A stretch of DNA of 64,000 nucleotides from Pristiophorus japonicus (taxonomy: Eukaryota). The translations under genes were made by a program, and so were the position numbers. The stretch is from assembly GCF_044704955.1 (NCBI RefSeq), contig NC_091984.1, positions 145,452,001 to 145,516,000 of the forward strand. Direction: 5' to 3'. This document shows, piece by piece, positions 49,140 to 59,621 of the stretch. Position 1 is the first letter of the stretch. The number at the start of each line of letters is the position of its first letter. The notes beneath the pieces are model-generated. The model made no database searches. It was not told the DNA's origin and saw nothing but the letters and a program-made list of their open reading frames with translations.

Positions 49140-50657
49140 AGAACCCTAAGGGGAATCTCGCTCTCTAACCAGTTTTGTGTTCTGAAATTCGGTGTGGGAG
49201 ATGTTTCCCAAGGATAATTCAGCCTGCTCCAAGACCACAGCACCATGTGTGGCTTTGCTGTACGGGACGGGTTGACAAGGGGGGGTGGGGGGTGGACAAG
49301 GGGAGGTGGGGGGTGGACAATGGGGTGTGGCGGTGGACAAGGGGGGGGCGAGGGAGGAGAAAGGTCAAGAGAGCCATAGTTATAGAGGATTCTATAATCA
49401 GGGGAGCAGACAGGTGTTTCTGTGGCATGAGTCCAGGATGGTATGATGCCTCCCTGGTGTGAGAGACAAAGATATCACAGAGCAGCTGCAATCCATTTGG
49501 AAGGGGGAGGATGCACTGCCAGACATGTCAGACTGCCAATGACATGGGTAGAAAGAGGGACAGGAATGGCAACTCAACGTTCCTGGTTACAGGGCTTTCA
49601 GATGAGATAGAGAGAGGGTTTAAAATGAGGCATCGTGACATTATTGGTTCAAGAAACAATTATAGCTGTGAGAATGCATGCCATGTTAGACGAATCTTCA
49701 ACTGATGCTATATGGATTGCACTAAGGAATAAAATAGGGACAATCACATTGCAACGAGTGTACTATCAACCCGCAAACAGTCCGAGGGTGATAGGAGAGC
49801 ACATTTGCAGGATCATTTAACACAAGTGCAAAAACAATAGGGCAGTAATAGTGGGGGATTTCATTTAGCCCAATATTAGCTGGGATACAATCAGTGTAAA
49901 AGGTACAGGCGGCCCAGAATTCCTAAACTGTATTCAGGAGAAGGTTTTTAGACAGTTAGCCAGCCTAACAAGAGTGTGGGGGATCAGTTCTGGATTGAGT
50001 GTCAGGGAATGAAGCTGGGAAGGTGGAAGGGATATCAGTGGGAGAGCATTGTTGTGGAAGTGATCATAATTCAGTTAGATTTAGCATAGTTATGGATAAG
50101 GACAAAGATAAAACTGGAGTAAAGGTTCTAAATTGGGGGAAGTCCAATTTTACTGTGTTGAGAAGTGATTTAGCCAAAGTGGACTGGAAACAGCTACTTA
50201 AGCTACAGTGGGAGGCATTCAAGAGGGAGAAACAAGGGGTTCAGAGTAAACATGTTCCCACAAAGAAAATAGAAGAACTGCCAAATTTAAAAGCCCCTGG
50301 ATGACTAGGGGCAGAAAGGGGAAGATAAGGCAAAAAGGGAAGCTTAGATCAGATATCGAGAGCTCAATACTGCAGAAAGCCGAGAAGAGGATAGAAAGTG
50401 TAGGGGTGACATCACAAACACAATTAGGAAAGCAAAGAGAGAGCATGAAAATATACTGGTGAGTAGAATTAAAGAAAACACAAAGATATTTTCTCAGTTG
50501 ATAAAGAGCAAGAGGATAAGTAAGGAAAGAGTAGGGCGGAGGATGGGGGTAAGGTACTTAATGAATCATTTGCCTCTATCTTCACAAAAGAGGGGGACCA
50601 TGCAGATGTTGAAGATAAGGAGGAAGAGAGAGAAATATTGGACGGGATAAACATAGT
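49140..50657 (+). mobile_element. Old, heavily deleted CR1 LINE
   Basis: RAIVIEDSIIRG, VYYQPANS, GSDHNSVRF and LNWGKSNF. Confidence 0.8.
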
Positions 50658-50659
50658 GA

Positions 50660-51040
50660 ACGCCAATGCCTCCAATGCTTCATTGCAGAATGTGCAGGCT
50701 CTCTCCCTGGGGCGTGGATCTGCCATGAGTACAGCTGCTTCTGTCCTCTGGCTCCTTGTCCTTGTCCTGCTCCTTGCTGAGGCAGCTGCACAGCCAGCAA
50801 TGCTGAGAATGAGCTTCTGCAGCATCAATCAGCCTCCCCTTTAAGAACTAGAACCAGCCGGTGAAAATGATGACTTGCAATTAAACTGCACGTGATATTG
50901 GTCCACCTTTTGAGTGTAATGCCAATGAGCTTGGTCTTAAAGACTTGAATTAGCGCTCCAATCATTTCTTTGAGTGGTCAGAATGAATTTTGCGTACAAT
51001 CTAAAGCATTAGCACCTGGCGCTAATTCTCCAACTTTTCA
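50660..51040 (-). mobile_element. Harbinger Myb/SANT-like gene 5' end remnant
   Basis: MADPRPRERACTFCNEALEALA resembles the RxRxxxFSxxxLExL start of Harbinger Myb/SANT-like proteins. Confidence 0.4.
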
Positions 51041-51149
51041 AATGATACTGGCCATTCCTGGATATAAATAGTTTCTTCCCATTGTCTTTGTTCCCACCAC
51101 AAAATCCGTTCCCTAGCCACCAATTCCATCCCTCTCCCTTGCAACTGAC

Positions 51150-51882
51150 TGAGCTGAACTTTGGTGGCATAGTTGACACGTGATGAGCTTCTGAAAACGT
51201 GCCATCACGAAGACTGCCAATTTGCACCTCTGTAACATCGCCTGTCTCCACCCCTGCCTCAACACATCCCCAGCTGAAACCCCCATCAATGCCTTTGTTA
51301 ACTCTAGACTTGACTATTCCAATGCTCTCCTGGCCGGCTTCCCACATTCTACTCTACGTAAACCTTAGGCCATATAAATCACTACTGCCTGTATTCTAAT
51401 TCTCTCAAAGTGCTGTTCACCCACCGCCCCTGTACTCGATGACCTACATTGGATACTTGTTAAGCATTGCCTGGATTTTAAAATTCTCACCCTGATATTC
51501 AAATCCCCCATAGCTTTGGCCCTCCCTATCTCTATAATATCCTCTAGCCCTACAATCCTCGCAGATAGCTGCGCTCCTCCAATTCTGGCCTCTTGTGCAC
51601 CTCCCATTATAAGGGCTCCACTATTGGTTGCCGTGCCTTAAGATGCTGAAGCCCTAAGCTCTGGAAATCCCGCCCTGTACCTCTCCGCCTGGCTCCGACT
51701 CTTTCCTCCTTTCAGACTCTCGTTAAAACCTACCTCATTGACTAAGTATTTGGCCATTGGCCCTAATATCTCCTTATGTGGCTCAGTGTCAAATGTTGTT
51801 TGATAACGCTCTTGTGAAGTGCCTTATGGTGTTTTACTGCTTTAAATGTGCTGTATAAAGGTACGTTTTTGTTGTTGTTGTA
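51150..51882 (+). mobile_element. L2 LINE 3' fragment (old)
   Basis: Homologous to 14900-15592, with a (GTT)n tail. Confidence 0.8.
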
Positions 51883-52484
51883 TTTATGATAAAAGTATAA
51901 GAAATAGGAGCAGGAGAATGCTATTCAACCGATCGAGCCTGCTCTGCCACTCAATAAGATCATGGCTGATCTTCTACCTCAATTCCACCTTCCCGCACAA
52001 TTCCCGTAATGTCTTGTGATCGAGACAGTGCCTGGGGTTGCCCTGAATTTCTGAAATACTTGGTACCCCTTTATAAACTGAGACACTCTCATAAACCCCT
52101 GTTAACACTGATACAGTCCAAGGACTCCCTGACTGTCTACTGTCCTCGGCATCCCTTTATACACTGACTCACTGTCTCTGAGAGCCTAAATAGTGACCTC
52201 ATTTGGGGATGTCCTAAATGAATAGTGTCCTTGACACCCTTTTAAACATTGACCCAATCTCACACAATCCTTTGATGCTGACACAGTCTGGGTACTACCT
52301 GAATGATACAATACTTGGTGCCCTTTTTACATATTGACCAATGCAAATAATGAAAGTATTGGAGACCGCATTTTGTACATTCCAAATACCACTGCCCTAT
52401 CATGTTTGCCTGCTGATTTATTCCAGTTGCCCAGCCCTCATAAAGTTAAAGGACTTCCTGGCCATTTGCTTGGAGCACTGTTAG

Positions 52485-55072
52485 AATCATAAGAACATAA
52501 GATAAGGACAATAGGAATAGCAGCAGGAGTAAGCCTTACAGCCCCTTGAGCCTGCTCCACTGGTCTATAAGATCATGGCTGAAGTTGGACCTTAACTCCA
52601 CCTTCCCGCACTATCTATTTTTAGGCTGGATAGCTCTTGGTCGGCCGGCACGGACACAATGGGCCGAAATAGCCTTCTTACATGCTGTAAATTTCTATGA
52701 ATCTATGATCTCCATATCCCTTGATTCCCCTCGAGTCCAAAAATTTAGCAATCTCAGCCTTGAATATACTCAACGACTGAGCATCCATAGACCTCTCGGG
52801 AGAAAATTGCAAAGTTTTACATCCCTCTGACTGAAGAAATTCCTGTTCCTCTCAGTCTTAAAGGGCCTGCCCCTTATCCTGAGACTATGCCTCCTAATTC
52901 TAGACTCTCCAGCCAGGGAAATAACCTCTCAGCATCTACACTGTCAATCCCTCTCAGAATCTGAAGTGTTTCAATGAGATCAGTTCACATTGTTCTCAAG
53001 CTCAGAGAGTATAGTCCAATCTACTCAATCTCTCCTCACAGGACAACGCACTCATCCCAGGAAATAATCTTCTGATTCTCATCAATCTGATGATAAAAAC
53101 TTGCTGGGAATGTAAGTTGTGAGGAGGATGCAAAGAGACTACCAGGGGATATAGACAGACTAAGTGAACAGGCAAGACATGGCGGAAGGAATATAAAGTG
53201 GAGAAATGTGAAGTTATCCACTTTGGTAGGAAAAATAGAAAAGCAGAGTATGTTTTAAATGGTAAAATTGGGAAATGTTGTTGTTTCGAGGGATGTGGCT
53301 GTCCTTGTACAACAATCACTGAAAGTTAATATACAGGGACAGCAAGTAATTAAGAAAGCACATGGTATGTTGGCCTTGATTACAAGAGGATTTGAGTTTA
53401 AGAGTAAAGACGTCTTACTACAATTATACAGGGCCCTGGTGAGAAGGCACCAGGGGTATTGTGTACAGTTTTGTTCTCCTTACTGAAGGAAGGATATACT
53501 TGCCATTGAGGAAGTGCAACAAAGGTTCACCAGGCTGATTCCTGGAATGTGGTGATTGTCCTATGAGGAGAGATTGAGTAGACTGGGCTTATATGCTCTA
53601 GAGTTTGAAAGAATGAGAGGGGATCTCATTGGAACATACACAATTCTGACGGGGCTTGACAGGGTATATGCAGGGAGGATGTTTCCTCTGGCTGAGGAGT
53701 CTAGAACCAGGGGTCACTGTCTCAGAATAAGGGGTTGGCCATTTAGGACTGAGATGAGGAGAAACTTCTTCACTCAGAGGGTGGTGAATCTCTGGAATTC
53801 TCTACCCAGAGGGCTGTGGTGGCTCAGTCTTTGAGTATATTCAGGACAGGATGGTGACAATTTTTTTCGGACAGCCGAATTTGAGAAGGACACTCTATAA
53901 TCCCTCATGGTTGACAGAGTCGAAGGCCTTTGTGAAGTCAAAGAAGGCCATGTACAGAGGTTGATGCTGCTCCCTGCATCTCACTTGAAATTGATGTGTG
54001 GTGAAGACCATGTCCCTTAGTGGGCAGAATCCACATTGTGACTCTGGAAGGAGCTCTTCAGCCATTGGGAGGAGACGATTGAAGAGGATTCTTGCGATAA
54101 TCTTTGCAGTGGCAGACAGCAGGGTAACTATTCTGTAATTACCGCAATCGGATTTGTCCCCTTTCTTGAAGATGATTTCGATCATGGCTTCTCTGAGATC
54201 CCCAGGCATGCTCTCCTCCTTCCAGATAAGAGAGATGAGGTCATGGATTTGCGTCAAGAGTACTTCTCCGCCATGCTTTAGTACTTCGGCGAGGATTCCA
54301 TCTGCTCCTGAGGCCTTGTTGTTCTTCAGTTGTTGGATGGCCTTTTCATCCTCATGCCGGGCTGGGATTGTGCTGAGGTGGTGGTGGGCAGCTTGCTGTG
54401 GGATGGAGTCAAGGACACTCTCATCAAAGACATATCCTTGGTTGAGGAGATCCTCGAAGTGCTCCTTCCAGCAGGCACTGACTGCATCTCTGACCTTGAT
54501 GAGCACTCCTCCATTCTTAGCTCTCAGTGCAGTAGGACCTCAGTGCTTGGGCCATAGGTGGTCTTGATGTGCTAAAAAATCCACCCTCGTCGTGGTTGTC
54601 GAGTCGTTGCTGGATCTCCTGCACTTTTTCCACCCACCATCTGTTCTTTAGGTCACGAGTTTGTTGTTGGACTTCGGCCTTCAGTTGTCTATAGATCTGC
54701 TTTCTTTCTCTCGAGTTGTGGTGTTGTTTTCAATTCAAGAATGCCTTGCATTTACAGTTTATTAGCTCCTGGATCTCCTGGTCCTCCTCATCGAACCAGA
54801 CTTGATGTTTCCTGGTCGAGTAACCAAGAGTTTCTTCACAGCTGCTAATTATTGTGCGCTTGAGGTCAGACCAGACTGCCTAAGAAGAAGGATATTCAAG
54901 ACGGAGATCGAAAGATTTTTGGATGTTAAGGGAATCAAGGGATACGGGGACATTGCAGGAAAGTGGAGTTAATGTAGAAGGTGTGCCCTGATCTCATTGA
55001 ATAGTGGAGCAGGCACAAGGGGCCGAATGGCCTACTCCTGCTCCAATTCTTTGGTTCTTATGTTCTTATGAA
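52485..55072. mobile_element. CR1 3' fragments (minus 52485-53088; plus 53089-53850 and 54890-55072)
   Basis: YCVQFCSPY, RMRGDLIGTY and FFTQRVVNLWNSLP, with (TTCTTATG)n tails. Confidence 0.85.
53850..54880 (-). mobile_element. RTE-clade LINE internal fragment nested in CR1
   Basis: WKEHFEDLLN, KASGADGI, GNYRIVTLLS, LPESQCGF and FFDFTKAFDSV. The flanking ATATTCA(G/A)GAC is duplicated. Confidence 0.85.
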
Positions 55073-55289
55073 CCATTGTTGCAGCTCCTGCACAGCGAGC
55101 TTCTGGGTCCAATGGCAATGGTGCCTCAGAGCCAGGGTGCCCCAGAGCGAGGGTGCCCCAGAGTGAGGGTGCCCCAGAGCCAGGATTTTTTTTTTTTTAA
55201 ATCCAATTTCGTTCCAGATCAACTCTAACGCCAAAGATCACTTTGCACCAATGTGTTTGATCTTCGGCCAAAAGGCCGAGAGGCGAAGT

Positions 55290-55425
55290 TGCACCGTTCC
55301 TGGAAATATTGCAATACCAGGTCGGTGCATGGAGTGGACGGGGCATGCCCCTGATCCAGCTCCCTGTCCAAAAATCAATTCAATATCATGTCCCCATAGG
55401 GGATATTAAACTGATAAGAACAGAT
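55290..55425 (-). ncRNA. U2 snRNA-derived sequence (nt ~38 to the 3' end), non-functional
   Basis: ATCTGTTCTTATCAGTTTAATATC...GATTTTTGGA (Sm site)...GACCTGGTATTGCAATATTTCCAGGAACGGTGCA. The branch-point recognition GTAGT is absent. Confidence 0.9.
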
Positions 55426-55687
55426 TTTTTTTATTTTTTTTTATTTTTCGTTACCAATCTTTCCAATCCTTTGTCAAATCACAAACGCCAGAGGTCACCT
55501 TGCACACATCAAGGATCACTCTGCGCCAATGCTCTTAGCCAAAAGGCCTAGAGCCACTGCACCGTTCCTGGAAGTACTGCAATACCAGGTTCGTGCCATG
55601 GAGGTGAATGGGTCAGGCCCCCAACACACCTCCGTGGAGTTGGATGGGTCAAGCCACCCCACCCACCTCCTATTTCCAAAAAGCATA

Positions 55688-55756
55688 GGAGAACCACCTT
55701 CCTGATCCAGGGAGAGCCACTTTGGGGTCATGGTTATTCCCCTGTCAGGTCAGTTA
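55688..55756 (-). ncRNA. U1 snRNA 5'-derived sequence (partly duplicated), non-functional
   Basis: AACTGACCTGACAGGGGAATAACCATGACCCCAAAGTGGCTCTCCCTGG then ATCAGGAAGGTGGTTCTCC, versus U1 ATACTTACCTGGCAGGGGAGATACCATGATCACGAAGGTGGTTTTCCCAGG. Confidence 0.75.
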
Positions 55757-56010
55757 CGCATGATCTTAGCCAAAAGGCCGAGAAGCGTGCCCCAGAGCCA
55801 GGATGCCCCAGAGCCAGGGTGACCAAGTGCGAGGGTGCCCCAGAGCCAGGGTGACCAAGTGCGAGGGTGCCCCAGAGTGAGGGTGCCCCAGAGCCAGGGT
55901 TATCCCGAGCCAGGGTGCCCCAGAACCAGGGTGCCCCAGAGCCAGGGTGACCAAGTGCGAGGCTGCCCCAGAGTGAGGGTGCCCCAGAGCCAGGGTGCCC
56001 CAGAGCCAGG

Positions 56011-56718
56011 GTGCCCCACAGCCAGGGTGCCCTTGCTAGGGGTTTGGAGGAGTCGGCCTCCAGCACTGTGCGTGTCTCCCAGCACACCTTGCAGCCCATC
56101 CTTGGCAGCTTGCAAAGCATGGTGGGCTCGCAGAGAGAGGGTGGGGACCCAGAACTCACGCCACGTGTCACGGGGGAGGGAGCAGCAGCTATTGCAGCAC
56201 AGGCTGGTGCAACGCAATCGCTTACTGCTGTAATGGGCTCAGTGCTTGGTGGCATAAAGACTGGGTCTGCTCTCGTGCACGCTCAGTCCGCTCTCATGCA
56301 TGCTCGGTCTGATCTAGTGCACGCTCGGTCTGCCCTCGTGCACGCTTGGGCTGCTCCCGTGCACACTCAATCTGTTCCCGTGCACGCTCGGTCTGTTCCC
56401 GTGCACGCTCAGATCGATGCCATGCAAGCGCTGACTGCTGCCATCATTTCTGGGTTCCCCGCAGTTCAACAGAGAGGTCATGGTGCCGAAGCAGGCCAGC
56501 AATCTGTGCTCGATGAGATTGGTCCGGATGCTGAGGCACTGAGGGGGAATGGCAGTGGGTCGGTAGAAATGGAAGGTGTTGCCCTCTCTCAGGATATCAG
56601 CATTCCTCCCACCACTGCCACTTCACCATTGCAGTTGGCGCTGTCTGCACCCCAGCCGTCCGAGACTGCTGCTGCCCAGGCTGAGGTGGTGCAGAACTGG
56701 TCCAGGGCATCCTGCTAG
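56011..56718 (+). pseudogene. Ala-rich ORF with 21-bp repeats, probably the C-terminal part of a Harbinger Myb/SANT partner protein
   Basis: The frame continues from LQLLHSELLGPMAMVPQSQG (55078) across the minisatellite into ALARGLEESASS; it contains LVHARSA heptads. The family assignment is by resemblance only. Confidence 0.35.
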
Positions 56719-56769
56719 GCCATGTACAGTCTCTGTATGGCATACTGAGCAGCGGTGGGGGGGCGGGGT

Positions 56770-57035
56770 TGCATACCATTATTTTCCCCGGGAGGGGGGA
56801 GGGGAAACATAGGGACGTACCATTATTGTCCCCGGGTCGGGGAACATATCATTATTATCCCCAGGCTGGGGCGAGACGTACCATTATTGTCCCCAAGGGG
56901 CGGGGGGACGGGGGGGAACATACCATTATTGTCCCTGGGGCGGGGGGGAGATGGGAACATAAACATTACTGTTCCTGGCGAGAGGGGTGGGAACATACCT
57001 TTATTGTCCCTGGGGGGGAAGAGGGAGAGGTGAGG
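56770..57035. repeat. GGAACATACCATTATTGTCCCC satellite, second locus
   Basis: About 7 units of the same core as 16133-16685. Confidence 0.8.
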
Positions 57036-59234
57036 GCTGTTATGTATGCAACCCGAGGTAACCTGTATCACACCGGCACCAGAGGGCGTACCTGTTGGAG
57101 TCCCAAGGGCTCCCAGCATCCCTTGGGAGCACTGTATATAAGCAGGCCTCCCATACTGTACCAGCACTTGGAGTTTGAATAAAGGAGCTAAGGTCAAACT
57201 CATGTCCACAATACTCACTTACATTACTTTATCATGAGCTTAACACCTGGTGACGAGATAATGAACAATCATGCGAAAATGCAGAGAACTGTTGATACCC
57301 TGGAGAAATTCTCAGAAGGGGACGATTGGGAGATCTTCGTGGAGTGAATCGACCAATACTTCATGGCCAACAAGCTGGAAGGGGACGAGAACGCTGCCAA
57401 ACGAAGGGCGATCCTCCTCACCGTCTGTGGGGCAACAGCCTATGGCCTCATGAAGAATCTTTTAACTCCGGTGAAACCAACAACCAAATCATATGAAGAA
57501 CTGTGTACGCTGGTCTGGGAGCACCTAAATCCGAAGGAAAGCGTTCTGATGGCAAGGTATTGATTTTACACGTGTCAACGGTTTGAAGGCCAGGAAGTGG
57601 CGAGCTACGTCGCCGAACTAAGGCGCCTTGCAGGACATTGCGAATTCGATGGATTCCTTGAGCAAATGCTAAGAGTCTTCTTTGTGCTTAGCATTGGCCA
57701 TGATGTTATCCTTCGCAAACTATTGACGATTAAATCAACGAACCTGAGCAACGCCATAACGATAGCCCAGGCATTTATGACCACCCGCGATAACACCAAA
57801 ACAAATTTCATGGTACAAAGAGGTTTCGGCAAGTACTGTACACAAAGTTATGTCATTTTCAGGTAGGAATGCATATGGCAGAACGTACACGCCTGCAGCT
57901 GCATGACCTCAGATGACCCAGAGTCTGCCATCAAATGTTAATGCGAGGCAGTTAACACCTTGTTCGCGCTGCGGAGGTGATCATCGAGTCCATCAATGCC
58001 GCTTCAAACACTGTGTGCAAAGTCTGTGGAACAATGGGATACCTCCAGCGAATGTGCAGACGAGCTGCAAACCCTGCAAACCACCACGTTGCAGAGGAGG
58101 ATCGATCCATGGCAGATCAGGCTGAACTAGAGACTCGAACTGAGGAGGCAGAAGTGTCTGGGGTACACACCTTCACCATGAAATGTCCACCGAGCATGCG
58201 AAAAGTTGAACTGGATGGAATTCCAGTATCCATGGAACTGGACATGGGTGTGAGTCAGTCCATCATGAGCAAAAAGGCCTTCGACAGGCTGTGGTGCAAC
58301 AAGGCACACAGGTCCAAGCTTAGCCCCATTCATACCAAGCTAAGAATTTACACTAAAAAGCTGATCCCTGTTATTGGCAGCGCAGCAGTAACAGTCTTCG
58401 ATGATGGAGCAGTGCACAAACTCCCACTGTGGATTGTACCAGGAGATGGCCCCACACTGTTCGGCAGAAGCTGGCTGGGAAAAATCCTTTGGAACTGGGA
58501 CGACATCCGAGCGCTTTCGTCCGTCGCCAACGCCTCATGTGCCCAGGTTCTGAGCAAGTTCCCGTTGTTGTTTGAGCGAGGCATTGGAAGTTTCTTGGGG
58601 GCGAAGGTGCAGATCCACTTGGTTCCCGGTACACGACCCATCCACCACAAGGCACGTGCGGTGCCATACATGATGCGAGAGAAAGTGGAAATTGAGCTGG
58701 ACAGGCTGCAGCGAGAAGGCATCATCGCGCCGGTGGAGTTCAACGAGAGGGCCAGTCCAATTGTTCCGGTTCTCAAAGGCGATGGCACGGTCAGAATTTG
58801 TGGGGACTATAAAGTAACAATTAATTGTTTTTCGCTGCAGGATCAGTACCCGCTACCCAAGGCAGACGACCTATTTGCGACCCTGGCTGGAGGAAAGACG
58901 TTCACCAAGTTGGACCTGAACTTGGCCTACAGGAGCTGGCGGAATCTTTGAAAGGCCTCACCTGCATCAACATGCACAAAGGTCTGTTCATCTACAATAG
59001 ATGCCCGTTTGGGAATCGATTGGCCGCGGCAATTTTTCAAAGGAACACGGAGAGCCTGCTAAAGTCGGTTCCGCGCACCATGGTTTTCCAGGACGACATA
59101 CTGGTCACAGGTCGGAATACCATCGAATTCTTGAAGAACCTGGAAGAGTTTCTAAGTCGGCTAGATCGCGCGGGACTCAGGTTGAAATGCTTGAAGAGTA
59201 TTTTCCTGGTGCCAGTGGTCAAGTTATTGGGGAG

Positions 59235-59402
59235 AAACATAGAAACATAGAAACATAGAAAATAGGTGCAGGAGTAGGCCATTCGGCCCCTCGAGCCCGC
59301 ACCACCATTCAATGAATTCATGGCTGAACATGCAACTTCAGTACCCCATTCCTGCGTTCTTGCCATACCCCTTGATCTCCCTAGTAGTAAGGACTACATC
59401 TA
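59235..59402 (-). mobile_element. Short CR1 3' end inserted in the Gypsy RT
   Basis: (AGAAACAT)n tail; the Gypsy sequence resumes at AAGAATCGCGGCAGAC. Confidence 0.85.
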
Positions 59403-59621
59403 AGAATCGCGGCAGACGGCATCAGACGGAGGCCATCAAGAATGCGCTGAGTACACAGAATGTAACGGAGCAGCGGACGTTCCTGGGATTCCTCAACTAT
59501 TTGGGTAATTTCCTCCTACCCAGGTTAAGCACCTTGCTATATGTGCTGCGACGCAAGGGAGATGACTGGGTATGGGGGAAATCACAAGAGGCTGCGTTTG
59601 AGAAAGCCAGAAATCTGTTAT

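Larger units (their letters stand above)
55186..55787 (-). mobile_element. U2/U1 snRNA-derived composite retroposon (SINEU-like dimer) with poly(A) tail and 16-bp TSD
   Basis: U2 5' end CGCTTCTCGGCCTTTTGGCTAAGATCA at 55787-55761; A-tail at 55198-55186; TGCCCCAGAGCCAGGA at 55170-55185 and 55788-55803. Confidence 0.85.
55121..56032. repeat. 16-bp minisatellite (GGGTGCCCCAGAGCCA)n, split by the snRNA-derived insertion
   Basis: Units at 55121-55185 and 55788-56032. Confidence 0.92.

Noticed and set aside
52341-52348. Octamer ATGCAAAT as an Ig V promoter
   Set aside because: No leader or V exon is adjacent; the flank is a degenerate tandem repeat and CR1 sequence.
55257-55787. Functional U2 or U1 snRNA genes
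   Set aside because: Fragments are permuted, lack U2 nt ~30-37 and an intact U1 5' splice-site-pairing end, and have no snRNA promoter or 3' box context. They are bounded by poly(A) and a TSD.
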